A stretch of DNA of 63,853 nt, filler included, from Choristocarpus tenellus KU-1152 (taxonomy: Eukaryota > Protista > Phaeophyceae), in the NCBI GenBank assembly GCA_964200185.2. It is 11 parts of 11 records of this genome, joined end to end, with 100 filler letters (N's around TTAATTAATTAA, not from the genome) between each part and the next. Parts side by side here need not be neighbours in the genome. Positions count along the whole stretch, not along the records: positions 4,828 to 11,027 come from CAXNAD020008698.1; positions 11,128 to 19,177 come from CAXNAD020005223.1; positions 19,278 to 28,442 come from CAXNAD020003924.1; 8 more parts are not named here. One strand, 5' to 3'. The notes beneath the pieces were generated by a model. It was not told the origin of the DNA. It made no database searches and saw only the letters and a program-made list of their open reading frames with translations. Numbering within the stretch: position 1 is the first letter of the stretch; each line of letters opens with the position of its first letter. This document shows, piece by piece, positions 10,999 to 24,034 of the stretch. Position numbers and translations under genes: made by a program.

Positions 10999-13802
10999 AG
11001 GGTCAAAGTATCTGGGGGGGGGGAGTGNNNNNNNNNNNNNNNNNNNNNNNNNNNNNNNNNNNNNNNNNNNNTTAATTAATTAANNNNNNNNNNNNNNNNN
11101 NNNNNNNNNNNNNNNNNNNNNNNNNNNGGGCTCTAGGACGATAGAGTGAGTGCGATAGGTATTTCCTTGTGGAGTGATATGAATGTGGGTGTTGGATGAT
11201 TTATCTGTTTTGGTGCCAGCTGTTTTGGTGGTTGTGCATGTTTTGGGCAATGATAGATCGGAGAGACTTTTGGGGTTTTTTATTTATCGTTACGATTCAT
11301 GGTGTTGCAGTAGTAAGTACTCTGGTGTGATCGTGCCCCTGCGCATAACCAATTTACATGCTTTGGTTCCTGGGGTTGTGACAGGGAATGGACCGTTGGA
11401 GCGTTTGTGAGGCTGCTGCCATGTTCTTGGGGTAGATGCATTTCTGGGGTTTGTTGTGGGTATGCGGGGTAGTTAGTCGTAGTCACATTTATTGTCGTTT
11501 CCCCCTCTGACCGGTACGCTGTATTTGCTGGACAAGCGCACAACCAATGTGTCGTAGAGGTGAGATATATGAGTTGGGGGGGTACAGCAGAGAAATGGAG
11601 CCCTCGCCCTGCATGTTCGTGTTTTGAATGAGAACCAGAACTCACACGAGCTTCCTGAAGTTTTTGTTTTGTTTTACATCTTTTGCTGTCACGATATGGA
11701 GATGCTGCTCCGTTAGTTGCTGTCTAGTTCGTGCCTGCCTCAGTGGTACAGTGTTACAGTATCTCAATGTTTGACCAAGTCAATGTTTGACCAAGTCGGA
11801 GGCCTGAACACTACCCTGCTCAGTCCGTAGGCCATCTCCCCGCTGCTCACACGTACTCTCTGAGTAGTCGTATATATATATATATGTATAAATATCTGTA
11901 TATTTGAGTTTCTTGTTGTGAGTCCCGTCACCTGGATGCCCCTCGCGGCCACTTTTGTCCTCCTTCTGCTATAGGGGAGGATAAGTCGTTGAGAAGAAGA
12001 ACGTTATCCAGGCTGGTGTTGAAAGTCCGCAGTATTCGATTTAGTCGAGATGTTGAGGTACCGCTTCCCTTCCCCGGGAGTAGAAGTAGGAATAGATTCT
12101 GCCAACGGTGGTGGTACTAGAGTATGATTACGATCCCTTGGTGCCATGCTGCGCTGCATGCAAACAGAGCGGTGAAAGAGTTGGCTGAGAGCAGAGCAGT
12201 GAAAGAGTGCATGAAGTTGGGCCCTTGAGACCTTTGAAATATCATCCCGTGCGTGTGCGTGCGTTGCTGGCGGGGGACACTCAGAGCAGCTGCAATAGTA
12301 TGTGATACACTCCCTTCCCCCCCCCCTTCCCCCAATTATTGTGATGTGATACTCTCTTCTAACGAACCCTGCCGGCGAGCATGAATTTTATACATCCCTA
12401 CTTTGACAGTGTGGTAAAGGTGCCAGTTGCGTTGCCGTTGCTTCAGGGGTGTTCGTCTACATACATTGCTGATTGTTTTTATTATTATTTTGCCTTCGCC
12501 GCAGCTGTGAGGACCATCCCAACGTGTAGTGAGAGGCATTGCGACTGATTGAACGACTTCATCTGATTGGTCAGTTCTTGGGCATGTTGGGTTCGGCCAT
12601 TCCACTGCCCGTCCCTCCACCTCCCCTCTAGTGCTGGACCTACCTTGGGGTTGTCCACAATGAAACCCTAGCACCTCGAGTTTAGAGGTGTAGAGACAGA
12701 TAGGATAAGTGTACAATCCATATATAGATAGACTTAAAAGGTCAAGGTTAGGATCTCACTAAAACCAGGTATCCCTGAAAAGAAATCTGACTTTTGAAGG
12801 GGAGTCGGAACCTGTGAAGTTGATGCAGGGAACAGTGTCCGTTTATCGACTGAGGTACAAGGACACCCCATCTCTCTATATATATATTTTTTTACATGTA
12901 GTTGTGTCTTAAATCTGTGATTGCAATGTTGGAGCTTCACGCAGAGAGTGTCTTCAGGTGGCATTTTATAGTCTCTCGGAGTTAAGTGCATTGCAAGAAA
13001 GGAAGGTAAGAAAGATGTGACCCTGCAACAACAGTGAGCGTATTGTAACCAAGGTTTTGTTAGCCATCTTATAAATCAACCAAACGGAGGGTAATTTTTT
13101 TTCTACTTCAAGATTGCCTGAAAAAAAAAATAATACTTCAGTAAAATTCTGACTAGTAAATCTAGTCCCTGCTCCCAGAACTGAGGGGAAAGTGTCGGAA
13201 TTGTTTTGCTGGAGAGGTCGAGAGTACTTGCCACGAGGTTTCATTCCCCAACTTCTGGTCATCTTGTACAGGCCTACGTCAACAAAACCTGCACCTTGTT
13301 TGAGGGATTTCTATACTTAAGAGGGTTTTTTTTTTAATGTTGATGCGTGTGATCTTGAAATGTATGTTCACAAGAAGAGGGTCCCCAAGAACTCTTTTTT
13401 CACTCAAAACTATATTTCCTGTCCTTGGAATTCAACCTCTGTGCACCCTTCTTAAAAAAAAAATCTGCCACCTCCAATCAACACAAAGAGGTGTGCTAAA
13501 TAGTACAATCAAGGATAGTGACAAACCGAGACACTTGCACGGAAGAGTCGATATTAGTTGAGATGTATCAAGGGACACAATTTCCATTATCTTGTCACAG
13601 CAACAGACAAAATATCTGGGGCACATATAATACACACACACACACACATATGCTGAACAAAACCATAAAAAGAAAGAAAAAATATGTAATCTTTGCCAAC
13701 CGGACTGCCTTTTTGTCTCCTGCTATGCCAACATGACTACCACATATCATCTGTCAATCAACCAGACTAGATATTATACTATAGAACACAAGGTGACCAC
13801 TT

Positions 13803-13877
13803 CACAGTACTTTTTTTCAGCGACCATCCGAGGATGTCAGTTTCCCTTTATGGTGGCCGCGTCATTAGCGCATCGCA
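13803..13877 (-). promoter_or_regulatory. SECIS element (type II) in the 3' UTR of the selenoprotein K gene
   Basis: Minus strand reads ATGAc-gcggccacc-at-AAA-ggga aactgaca tcct-c-ggatggtcgc-tGAa. It has the AUGA/GA non-Watson-Crick quartet, a helix gcggcca/tggtcgc plus cc/gg, an apical AAA and a mini-stem. Confidence 0.85.
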
Positions 13878-14391
13878 CCCCTTCACCCCCCTTCCCCCCA
13901 ACCTTTTATTGCCAAAATATATCTACACAAGACAAAATTCAGGTGCCGAAAAGGGGGGGGGGGGGGGGGTGAAAAGAGGCTGCTCAGCCACTGTGAAGTA
14001 GTTGGATGTTTCCTGTTCCAATCAAATGCTACCCATTGCCTTTGCCTCTGGAGTAGCTCTTGCCCTATGACCTACCCACAACCACAGCCAAGAAGCTGTG
14101 AATTGATTATCTTCAAGGCTGCAGGTCAGGGCAGGCAAGAACAGTTACACAAATTCGAGGAGAGAAGAAAAAGAATGCACCATGCCTTCAGTAAAGGACC
14201 CAATATCCCTCCTTCCTATCCATCTCCCCAACTCCAAAAGGCCATAGCCCCAGGGTTACTACCGCTCTCATGTACTACTCACAAAGCACCTCTCTACTCC
14301 ACTTTCCTCCTCAGCAACAGCTTAGGACTGGGGAAGGAGGATGAGAAGGTAAATTTCATGATAGCACTAACGGCCAACCAGGGCTACGGCC

Positions 14392-15972
14392 TTAACCTCA
14401 TCCACCTCCTACCATGTCCTGGCAATCTGCCAATCAGCACGGTAAAGGAAAGAGGTAGAGGGGGTCACGCAACTTGAAAATCAGTTAGGTGGAAAGGAAA
14501 GATTTGTTTTCGTTTCGTTTGGGGTATAATGTAACTCAGAGATCAATTTTCTTGGCCAGGCTTGAAGATGGGTACCTAGTGCTTGCACATGAGCCCAGCA
14601 GAAGGGGAAGGATGTTGCTATGAATTAGTGCAAAACGTTCGGCACTCCTACAGTGCAGACAAGATAACGCTATCTGGCTACACAAAAAAACGTCATTACA
14701 TGAAAGACTTTGAGTCACCTGTCTGTTCCTGAGTCATGCGTGCAGCCTTCTCGCCTTGCTCAACAACCACATACATCTCACCTTTGTACCAGAACAGTCA
14801 CATACCAAATACCGTAGGACTTGGATTATGCAAGTTTCATCACTCTTTGAAACCCTCTCTGTAACCGTTCTTTGACACATCTAATCAATACAAAAGCTGA
14901 TGACCATTCCAAAAGTCCGTCAAAACCAAACCCATAACTCAGAGCAACTGCACCTCCACTTGGCCTTAACCCTTGGATGTTGGATCCCCTTCTCCGTCCT
15001 CCTCCCCCCCCACCGCCTCCTCCTCCACCTCCACCACCCCCTGGTCGGTAGTTGTGATATCCCCTCTCACTCCTGCGTTTCCGTTTTGGGGTTTTCTGCA
15101 CAAAAGATTGATTGACGTTAGGTTGGAATTTGGAAGTTGAACGAAGTGTTGAATATTCAAACAGATTATGTAATAGTTCACATTTTCACACTTCACCACA
15201 AGGATTAGGTACACCAGATTGCCTGCCACCACGACGTTCCCTAACGTGATATATCACTGGGTGCTCTTCACACCATAAGGAATGCTCATTTTGAAACCTT
15301 CCCCTCAAAGTCCCCTCAATATTGTGGCAAAAAACGATGGTTCGTGATACTACGGACACATTAGATATTCCCTCATGCTTACCTCCAACACACTCCCTTG
15401 CCCACATCAAATAGCCTTACACACAAGCACACCACATTAAACCAGACTCACCGTTGACATAGTACCAATGCTGGAAAGAAGATAGTGAAGTTTATCCCGT
15501 GGACCAGGCATCGCACCCCCAGATGAGAGATTAGCCAGCATCGATTGGGGCGATGGTGCAGAGATCACATTAGCGATTGGAGCATTAAATGCCGACCTAT
15601 ATCAATGAGTGGGTAAGAGACTAAAGATTCGCTTCCTGTTTCTGGTGGTCGTCCGTTGTGAAGGCGAAATCGTCGCATTCTAAGTTCCAATTACTTCACA
15701 GACCAGACCACTGTCTCGACTTGGGTACTCGAAAGAACGCGAAAGGAAAACGGCGACATCGACTTACAATAGACCAATAACGGAGAGTATTTTCCAGAAG
15801 ACGTCGGCCACGATGCTCAGTCGAAAAGGAGACCGCCTTGATACGACTTCGCCTGGGAAGTCAAGTGGAAAGAGGGTTTCGTAGAGGTAGATGATCGCAC
15901 CTTTCTATGTTATGTCTATCTGTCTCTTCAACAAAATTACTTTGATCACTCACCATTTCGCATGTACACCAT
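14392..15972 (-). CDS. SELENOK: Selenoprotein K (99 aa, Sec as penultimate residue); exons 15954-15972, 15768-15852, 15452-15470, 14954-15095, 14392-14426
   Basis: All four introns are GT-AG and in phase: MVYMRNGEVVSRRSPFRLSIVADVFWKILSVIGLFIGTMSTKTPKRKRRSERGYHNYRP(G15)RRRGSNIQGLRPSGDCQDMVGGG-U(TGA 14398-14400)-G-stop(TAA). This fits the SelK architecture (MVY..NG.V, SP.RLS...D.FW, single TM helix, basic Gly-rich tail, GGUG). A SECIS lies downstream. Confidence 0.92.
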
Positions 15973-16449
15973 TTTGGATAGCAATCTCCGCTATCCACAC
16001 ACCCCTACCCAACCCACAAGTTCGTTGTTTGTGCAAGGCTACTGGCTTTTCAACACTTGATATTTTGATGTGGAGATAAGAGTTCAATTGCGAAACGCCT
16101 GATTACCATTTCGGGGTGGAAAGCTTAGTTAGATATTACTTGTTGATATTGTAGGGGAAATAGTGTTGTGAAAGTAAAGTATGTACATTATTATATCCTC
16201 TAATATCTTCAAGATATGTCGTGGAGACCGAAAGAATATTATACAAAAATATACCAACTATACATATAAAAATAGGATTGAAAAAATTACAATCGAATCG
16301 TCTTCGAAACGCACAGAGCGTGGCAGGTACAATTCTGTAACTCCCCCAAAAAAGATGTGGGTGTGGAAAATATTTCGAGGAGGTACTTGTTTCGCACATT
16401 TCCATGTGTTGTCTGAAGACTTTTACATGACGTACGAGTATTGCTTCTT

Positions 16450-16745
16450 TGCAGAAGAAAAAGGGACCGAAGAGTTGCTGAGATGACGGGATCATGGAAT
16501 GAGATATTTTATATCAAAATTATTTGTTGCATCTTCTGTGTACAGAGAGTATGCGTCACCTATTCAATGTAGTATCCAAAGTAGTATAATGTGTATGTAG
16601 CAGAAGAAAAAGAGACTGAAGAGTTGCCAAGATCACGGGATCATGGAATGAGATATTTTATATCAACATTATTTGTTACATCTTCTGTGTACACAGAGTA
16701 TGAGTTACGTATCCATTGTAGTATATCTAAAGTAATATAATATGC
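16450..16745 (+). repeat. Tandem duplication of about 150 bp
   Basis: gcagaagaaaaag..gaagagttg..cgggatcatggaatgagatatttt..atttgtt..atcttctgtgtaca occurs twice (from about 16451 and about 16600). Confidence 0.85.
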
Positions 16746-17339
16746 ATCTAGGAAGTTTGGTATTAGGGTTATATTTATGTATGTGTAAATAGTATCTCAG
16801 TACTATATATGTATGTTTATGTATTTATGAAGGTGAGTAAAAACAGAATGAGCCCAATCTCCTGTGAAGAGAACAGGCAGTGAGCCCTCAAATACCTCTT
16901 GTTTATTGGCAATAATTTTCAATCCTAATTCGCTCCTTAAGCACCCACTCTCCCGCTTAGGACTCCGAAATGGAACAAGACAAAACATGTGGGAGAGGTG
17001 GGGGAAACACAAGGAAAACTTATTTGTGGTCTCCACATCGTTGTCTTCAATAACGTCAGGCATTTTCGTTTTTCTCTGTATTCCTTAGGTCAAAACCCAC
17101 CTGGGAAGCTTCCCTGGGATAAGAACTGCTGTGGGCGTATCTAAACATTGATAGGCGGAAACTGTGTGTTTGGTTCAAGATCATTGACTGTTGCACATGA
17201 GCCAACTACCCTATGAGGGGTAATAAGCAGGAATTTGTCCGAGGAGTTAGTATATTGCTATATATGTAACATATATATATATTATTGGCTATCTGCTCCT
17301 AACTATCTTGCACAACAACTTGCTGGTTGCTTTATTCCT

Positions 17340-18030
17340 CAGCAAGTCTTGCGCATGTAGGGAATCCATTTTGGCTGGTCTTTGCAATTTATTTGTGATA
17401 TTGCTCTCAGCAAGTTCATTTCCCCTCTAAAGGAATTTCATGTTGATAGTCAAGATGGTGTCATCGACACCAATGTCAAACATTACGACACCATGTTCCA
17501 TTGGGTCAGATAGTGATGCGACTAACTGGCACACTGAAAAGTGGTATCTCAATTTTTGGGAAAATCAGAGGTTGGTAACCTTCCACACCAAAATCCTTGG
17601 CCCATCACCCCAATAAACCTCGACTATCTGCCCGATAGAGTAGTGGGATACCAACGTTCGACAACCCAGTAGGTAAAAGGCATACTTGCAGTCTTGAGGG
17701 TGGTCTCAAGAGAGGCCAACCTAACAAACATCCAAAAATTGTAGAGTCTCCTTCCCCCACGATGTAGCACGTGGCATGGCTCTAGTTTCCTCACTTACCA
17801 CATAATCTGAATCACCATATTTCACTGCACTTCCTTTCCTGTTTACATTTCCGTGTTGACAACGAAGGGTTCCAAGATGCTCAACGCCATCAATATGACT
17901 AATCCAGTATAGTACCCTATATTCGAGCTATCTCCACCTTTAACAAGTGAGCAATCCCTTGCAGGTGGAACCTATGAGCAAATTCACAAGTGTACCACAT
18001 GCTTTCGCGTATTCTCCAGGTCAGGGCAAG
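17340..18030 (-). mobile_element. Highly decayed retroelement RT (DIRS/Ngaro-like)
   Basis: Ordered remnants GTLRCQHGNVNR (resembles GKLRL..D...VN), MPFTYWVVERWY..SGR*SRFIGVMG and DIGVDDTIL (resembles YVDD), with many stops and frameshifts. Confidence 0.35.
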
Positions 18031-19023
18031 AGGGTCTTAGCACCAAGTGATGCATCTACATGTGATACATAAGACCACAAAGTTTTCGCATTGGGGGGGT
18101 TGTATGCATGGCAGGGTTCCTTGCTGTTGGAGTTTGGCGTTGGAGTAAGGGGTAAAGTAATATGTTCTGGCATCAGAATATAACATCATTTTGTTATGCT
18201 GGAGCTAGGTCTCCTCAATTCCTAGGTATCTCCAGGTTTGAGCACACAGGAGGGGGACTGATTTGGAGAGAGGACTCTACCTGTGTCTAGGTTCTATGTC
18301 TTTGCATGAGGTCGATTATCATTGGAGAGGTGAACAGGAGTTGGTTGCGCTGATAGCCCAGTGTATTTCATTGGTTGGATGATGCGATCACATAATCCCG
18401 CTATTCACTAAACGCCAAATGAGCATTGTCTCATATTCGAACACTGTGTGTATACATATTTCCCGTAACTACATTTGTGCAGAACAGTTTTTGGGGTTTC
18501 ACGGTTTAGCCGCCAACTGTGACAAAGAGAGGAAAGCGCTAGTATCTCTTCTTGACCATGTATCTTTTCTAAATTGAGAATTGCTACCTCCTCCTCCTCC
18601 TCCTCCTCCTCCTCCCACTACAGTTAGTTCAAGACATAATTATGCAGTATGTTGTGGGTGTTGAGTGCTGTGCTTTTTCAAGTGATACTTACGGCCATAT
18701 ATATCCCACAGAACGTGTATGTGGGGGTGAAAGGAAAAGGCTTCGACAGGGGGTAAAGAGGAAGGGAAGCTGATCTACCAGTTAGAAAACCAATGTGCTC
18801 CAGCAGCGCTAGGAGAAAAGGAGCAGTTGGAGGTGTACCAGGATAAACCAGGAGAGGTTGTGCCTGAGGGGAAAGAATAGGGGGAGAAGTTCTGCACCAG
18901 CTATAAATCATCATGTTCCAGCACCACCAGGCGGAAAGTAAGGCACAAGGGGAGGCTCTGAATGGGGGGAAAGAGGACGAGAAAATCCATCTACCAGTCA
19001 CGCATGGCGCTCCAGCAGCACCA

Positions 19024-19177
19024 GAGTGAAAGTATCTTAGAGGGTACGAGTTTTGGTCTGTTTGTCCATTTGGGGCTTGGCTTCCCACGGGTTTTTTAAT
19101 TGTATTTTCCTACTCCAAAACGTTTCGGAGTAGGTAAAATGTATATGTTATGAAAAGGTGTGTTCGGAACAAGGATA
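19024..19177 (+). mobile_element. MITE family A, 5' part (runs into gap)
   Basis: gagtgaaagtatcttagagggtacgagttttg... Confidence 0.75.
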
Positions 19178-21899
19178 NNNNNNNNNNNNNNNNNNNNNNN
19201 NNNNNNNNNNNNNNNNNNNNNTTAATTAATTAANNNNNNNNNNNNNNNNNNNNNNNNNNNNNNNNNNNNNNNNNNNNGGGGTTCCCGCGCTTTTTTTTTG
19301 TTTGGTCGTGGGGAGAAAAAGAAAAAAATTATTGTGGCCTTTTTGGGGGCCCCCCCCCCCCCCCCGATGGTGCAAGGTCTGCCAACACACCATGGCATAA
19401 CTTGCATTTTTGTGTGTTGTTGCTACCCGGGTGCTGTCGTAAAGTGCTCGTTATTTGTATGGGGTTCCCAACTCTCTGGCTCACTCATAGTGTGTGTGTG
19501 TGTGTGTGTGTGTTTTCTCAACAGTCAGATCGGATTGCAGAGAGGGCTTCTGGGGTGTGATGGCCTTTTTCTATCACAGAGGTTGTGGTCCGCTTGGGAT
19601 TGAATTGGATTGGGTCAACAGTGGTTTGAACACCTGTGCATCTGCCATCCCTTTTGATGATTGGGAAGTGTATTGATTTTGTGTTGTACTTTTCTGAGTT
19701 TGTTCTGTGGGTGTGGGTGTGGGTGTGTGGATTTTGCTTATAATTAATAATACAGTAAGAGGAGACTTTATTTTTGGAGCGCTTTATCAAAAGGTGGTAC
19801 TTGGGTTTTTGTTTCTGTTTGTGTAGTGTAGGTAAGTCTTTGGGAGGGGGGAGCAAGGGGAAGGGAGTAGCTAGTCGATCGTGGTAGCAGGCTCCATGGC
19901 TGCTACAAGAGGACGGTTGGCTAAGAGGGTGGGTAGATTACATAATCATAATAGTAGTGCTTGGTAGCAATTGTTTGTTTTTGTGTAATTAATTTGTTGA
20001 TGAGGCAAGGGAGGCAGAGCTTGTTGTGCCCCCACAACTACTGTTGTTGTCCTTTTGTGGTTTATTTTTTTGTCCCAGTATTATGTTTCTCTTTTCTTTT
20101 TATCACGGTAGGGAATTTTCTTGGAGAAGGGTGGACGCTGATAATAACACTCTAGTGAAGCGATGAGAATGAATTGTCCTGCTGGTGCCTTGATGCTCGC
20201 ACCTCAATCACTCGAAATCAATAACCTGAGCTGCAATCTGTTCATTATTCCCTTCCAGACCTTGAGGTGCACGTAAGGTTTTTATGTAGCAAGTAGGGAG
20301 GCATGCTTTCCTGTTTGACTGCAACTGGAATTTGCACCGGTTCTCTGACTCAACTCAACCACCAACTTGTTTTTAGTTTTTTCCTCGCCTGCCCGATTGT
20401 GTGCAGACATGTGGGTACTTCAAAGGGTACTTCAAAGTGCACCTGTTTCATGCCTCCCTCCCATGAATATACACATCGAACTGATCCCATCAACTGTGAT
20501 CTGAGCAACAAGCTAAGCAAAGACTGCTCGTGATTCATCTATACTCTTTCCATGCGGGTTTACTTTTAAGCTCAATCAATGATTTGTACTTTTGATGATC
20601 ATCATCATGAAGATGATGGTATGTATTCTTTATTTGGTCGTCAACAGGGGTTTTTGGCCGTTACTGTTATTATAATTATTGTCATCGTTATTGTCTGTTT
20701 TTCACCTCATTACAGGTTTTGGTGATTTGTTGTCTGTTGTTTTTTCACTTACCAAGCTACAACCCACAATGGACCGTACTGGTTGATGACTATTCCTCTT
20801 GTCTGCAAACTTCAACTTCACCCGAAATAGGATGAGTTAGTATCACAACTCCTGCCTTACGATTATCGCCTCATGCTTCATCAACAGGTAGCCCGACCAT
20901 GGGCATGGGAAAGAATTTTTTGTCCATTAGGCCATCTCTTATGGGGAAGCAATCTAGTTCAAAATGCAATTTTTGGGATGACCTTAATGTCACCAATCTT
21001 CCCATCAATAAATTCGGTATTGATCGAAAACTGTTTCAGTAACCACACACTACTCTAAACTATATCAGAAATCAGTTCGATTATTTGTGGTTACTGCTCG
21101 CCAGTCGTAATACCCCCTCCAGGATATTGACTCAAACCGTTTCATACAGAAACTCGAAACATAATTCTGAAAGATTAATGTAAAACATGCACATAGATGC
21201 TTATTACCAATAATATACCACATAGCACTATATAATACTCAGTACATAAGGACACCACTTGAAAACATTTGGAAACTCCAAGTATCACCCAAGTACATGT
21301 AGGGTCACATGATACGTTTATAACCTCCAGAAGAATCTGCTGTATCCATTCTGCTGTGATGACATCATATGGTTCGAAGTCTCTAGGTGAAGGCCTCCTC
21401 TTCCGGCATCTCTTTTTACTCTTGTCTCAATCTTCTTTTTTTTAAACGCTCTGCCTCTACCCATACATACTGGACTTACAAGTACCTTGCTTGCCTCATT
21501 GATGGAAGGAGGTTGGCGATGATCACACGTTTACTCGGATGAATACTCAGATGAACATGTGTGTGCATCCTCTCACACACTACTGTTGTTGCAATTACTT
21601 CTACATGCAGAAGGAGTAGAGTACAAAATCGAGTCAACCCTCTATGACAAGAGATGAGGGCAGGCTTGCTAATTGGAGTCAATTTCTTGGGCAAAATATG
21701 AACCGCTTCCAGTTTGGGGGATGCAGTGCATGTACCTCTACAGTACACTTCCTAACCCTAACCCTAAACCTAAACCTAACCCAGCAACCAGTGAACTAGG
21801 CTGAACTCAGCCATAGCACACAGCAAGTAAAAAAGACCAAAGTGTGAGCTTATGGGGGGAGAGGGGAGAACCTCCCACAGAGTATACTACCAACAGCAA

Positions 21900-23750
21900 C
21901 ATAGGATTAGTATCTCTGGGGAGGGGAGGGCGGGGGGGGTCATGGCTGCTGCAGAAAATTGAGCAAAATCAGCATTTGCTAGCAAAAAAAAAACTAAAAC
22001 AGAATCAACTGCCGCACACACATGATCCTGCTGAAGCATTTTTGCCTGAAGCAACCGTTACTGTGTCCTGCCTGTAGGTTATCTCGTCCCAATACAACTC
22101 TGGTGGTTGTAGAGGGTAGCTCAGCCCAAGCCTCCCAATGTAGGCAGACATGATCAAGTACATCAAGAGCAATGAGCTGACATCAATCTATAGAAAAGGG
22201 ATATATGGGTCTCCCCACTGAGATGAAACAGGAACAAGTGAAGCATCGATCAGGGATCGCCAGGCCACAAAGGATATTTTTTGGTTCTGGAAGTCTTGAG
22301 GATCTGACACCTAACTAACATACATACCGTTGATGTAAAAACAGGAAGGTGTCCTCTGCATAGGGTTAGGGTTAGGCACCCCACCTTTTGCCACACCCAA
22401 TCGCCAATTAGTGGGACTAAGTATTGCTTCAAGAAGTAGTAGTGACTAACAGTCCCCGAAATGCAAAGGGAAACCAGGTATACTTCAGGCATTGAATGTG
22501 CTTCCGATATCACTGCAGTCGCATTTATAAGAGAGGTAGAACAGATCCTTAAGCAGGGCCTGTTAGCACCCGAATCACACGGTAGAAATTGTGATACTAA
22601 GTGTACTCGAGGCCAGCTGTTCTGGTTGCCTTTGATCAAGGCAAAAGCAGCTTCAACTACTACTAGTACTGCTGCAAAACATTCTCATACAAGGGGTTTT
22701 CACTTGTAGGCACAACAATTACAGTGTGGGCTAGAGAGGTGGTGTAGGTATTGACACTGGAACAGCAAAGGCAGAAGGATAGGGTAGGCATTGACATACT
22801 GAGGAAGGGGGTGATAAACAACCCTTCACATCTGCCATATTACCACAGTGGCACCCCACTCTTGGCTGTACAGAGTAGGGTAGAAACACTCCCTAGAACT
22901 TATAGGTCCGTAGTTGTACTGGGCATAAAACTGAAGGGAAATCGATGCCCAAGGGAGAACCAATGCCTCAAGTCACTGTATGGGTAGAGGTCACAATAAG
23001 TGCAGCTGATCACAGCTACATGACACTGTTCACAGAGGAAACATTTTCTGGGCCTCGCTCATCCAACCAACTAACAACTTCTTCCTGCTGCCCGTAGTAC
23101 TATCTTACAGATGAAAAAAGTGTAAATCTCAGGGAGTGAACAATGCATATTCAAAGGGGAGTTTCATGCCCCTTGAAGGTGGTACACCTCAAGGTGTAAC
23201 ACATCAAGTGTATGTATACTGTAATGTATTGTGGGCTTGGGGAACACACGCATGTAAAGGATACATTCTGCTATGTACACCCAACAGCTATTTGAAGGAG
23301 GGGGGGTATACTCACCCATGCATTGGTGGGTGGTTTTTGTCCTCATGAACTCAAGATTCAATCAAGACTCGATATTAATTTGTAGAGCACTGAAATAAGC
23401 AAGGGTGCCATGAAACTTCCAGCTCTTGAGGTAGATGTGCTTCCCTCTGCAGCATCTTCAACCTTACAATCGAGCATAATGTTGATGAGCATGTCAAGGT
23501 ATGAGGCCCCAAATTATCCTGTGAGTCACACCCCCTCTGCTCATGTAAGGCATTCAGGCTGTATTTTTCTATGTCTACAACATGAAAGGCATCATGCACA
23601 GATCTAAACTGCACTAAAGAGAGGATACCACATTGTGTTGCGACCAGTACCAACAAAGCACATGACGGAGTTACCCTTAAAGACAAAATACATCACTGCT
23701 AAACAACACTGTTCACTTCTAAAACACATGCACTTTCTGTGCTGTAGAGA
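21900..23750 (-). mobile_element. Decayed non-LTR retrotransposon (LINE) endonuclease/RT remnant
   Basis: Ordered remnants resembling APE (FVFKGN; VHDAFH), then RT motifs (FYRVIRVL; MPEV..SGTVSHYYFLKQ; QWGDPYIPFL; ITYRQD), with frameshifts and stops. Confidence 0.4.
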
Positions 23751-24034
23751 CCACTCTGTCCTCTCAGAACATGCGGAATGTCCTCAGACACAAGAAAAAC
23801 CCTTCCCCAGCATTTAACATGGCCCCTACCACCAAAGTCAGAACTGAAGCACTGCCAGTCACCTCAACTAAGAACACAAATCACAACAGGTGCACAGCCC
23901 CTCCTCCCCCCTCCTGTCCCGGCCAACAAACCATCTCACCCCCCAACTGTATACGCCTCTTATATCTCTGAAGCCACCTCCTGCACAAAGCATGAGTACC
24001 CTCTTCCATTGTCGCCCATGCACCTCAGTCCTCA

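Noticed and set aside
14719-14782. Exon-like GEMYVVVEQGEKAARMTQEQT inside the last SELENOK intron
   Set aside because: Not needed for the SelK model and it has a weak acceptor. It is frame-preserving, so a minor cassette exon cannot be excluded, but nothing supports it.
21170-21430. Minus-strand frame with F-box-like wording (AEWIQQILLEV..LGVSKCFQ)
   Set aside because: No start codon or convincing splice sites, and the similarity is too weak.
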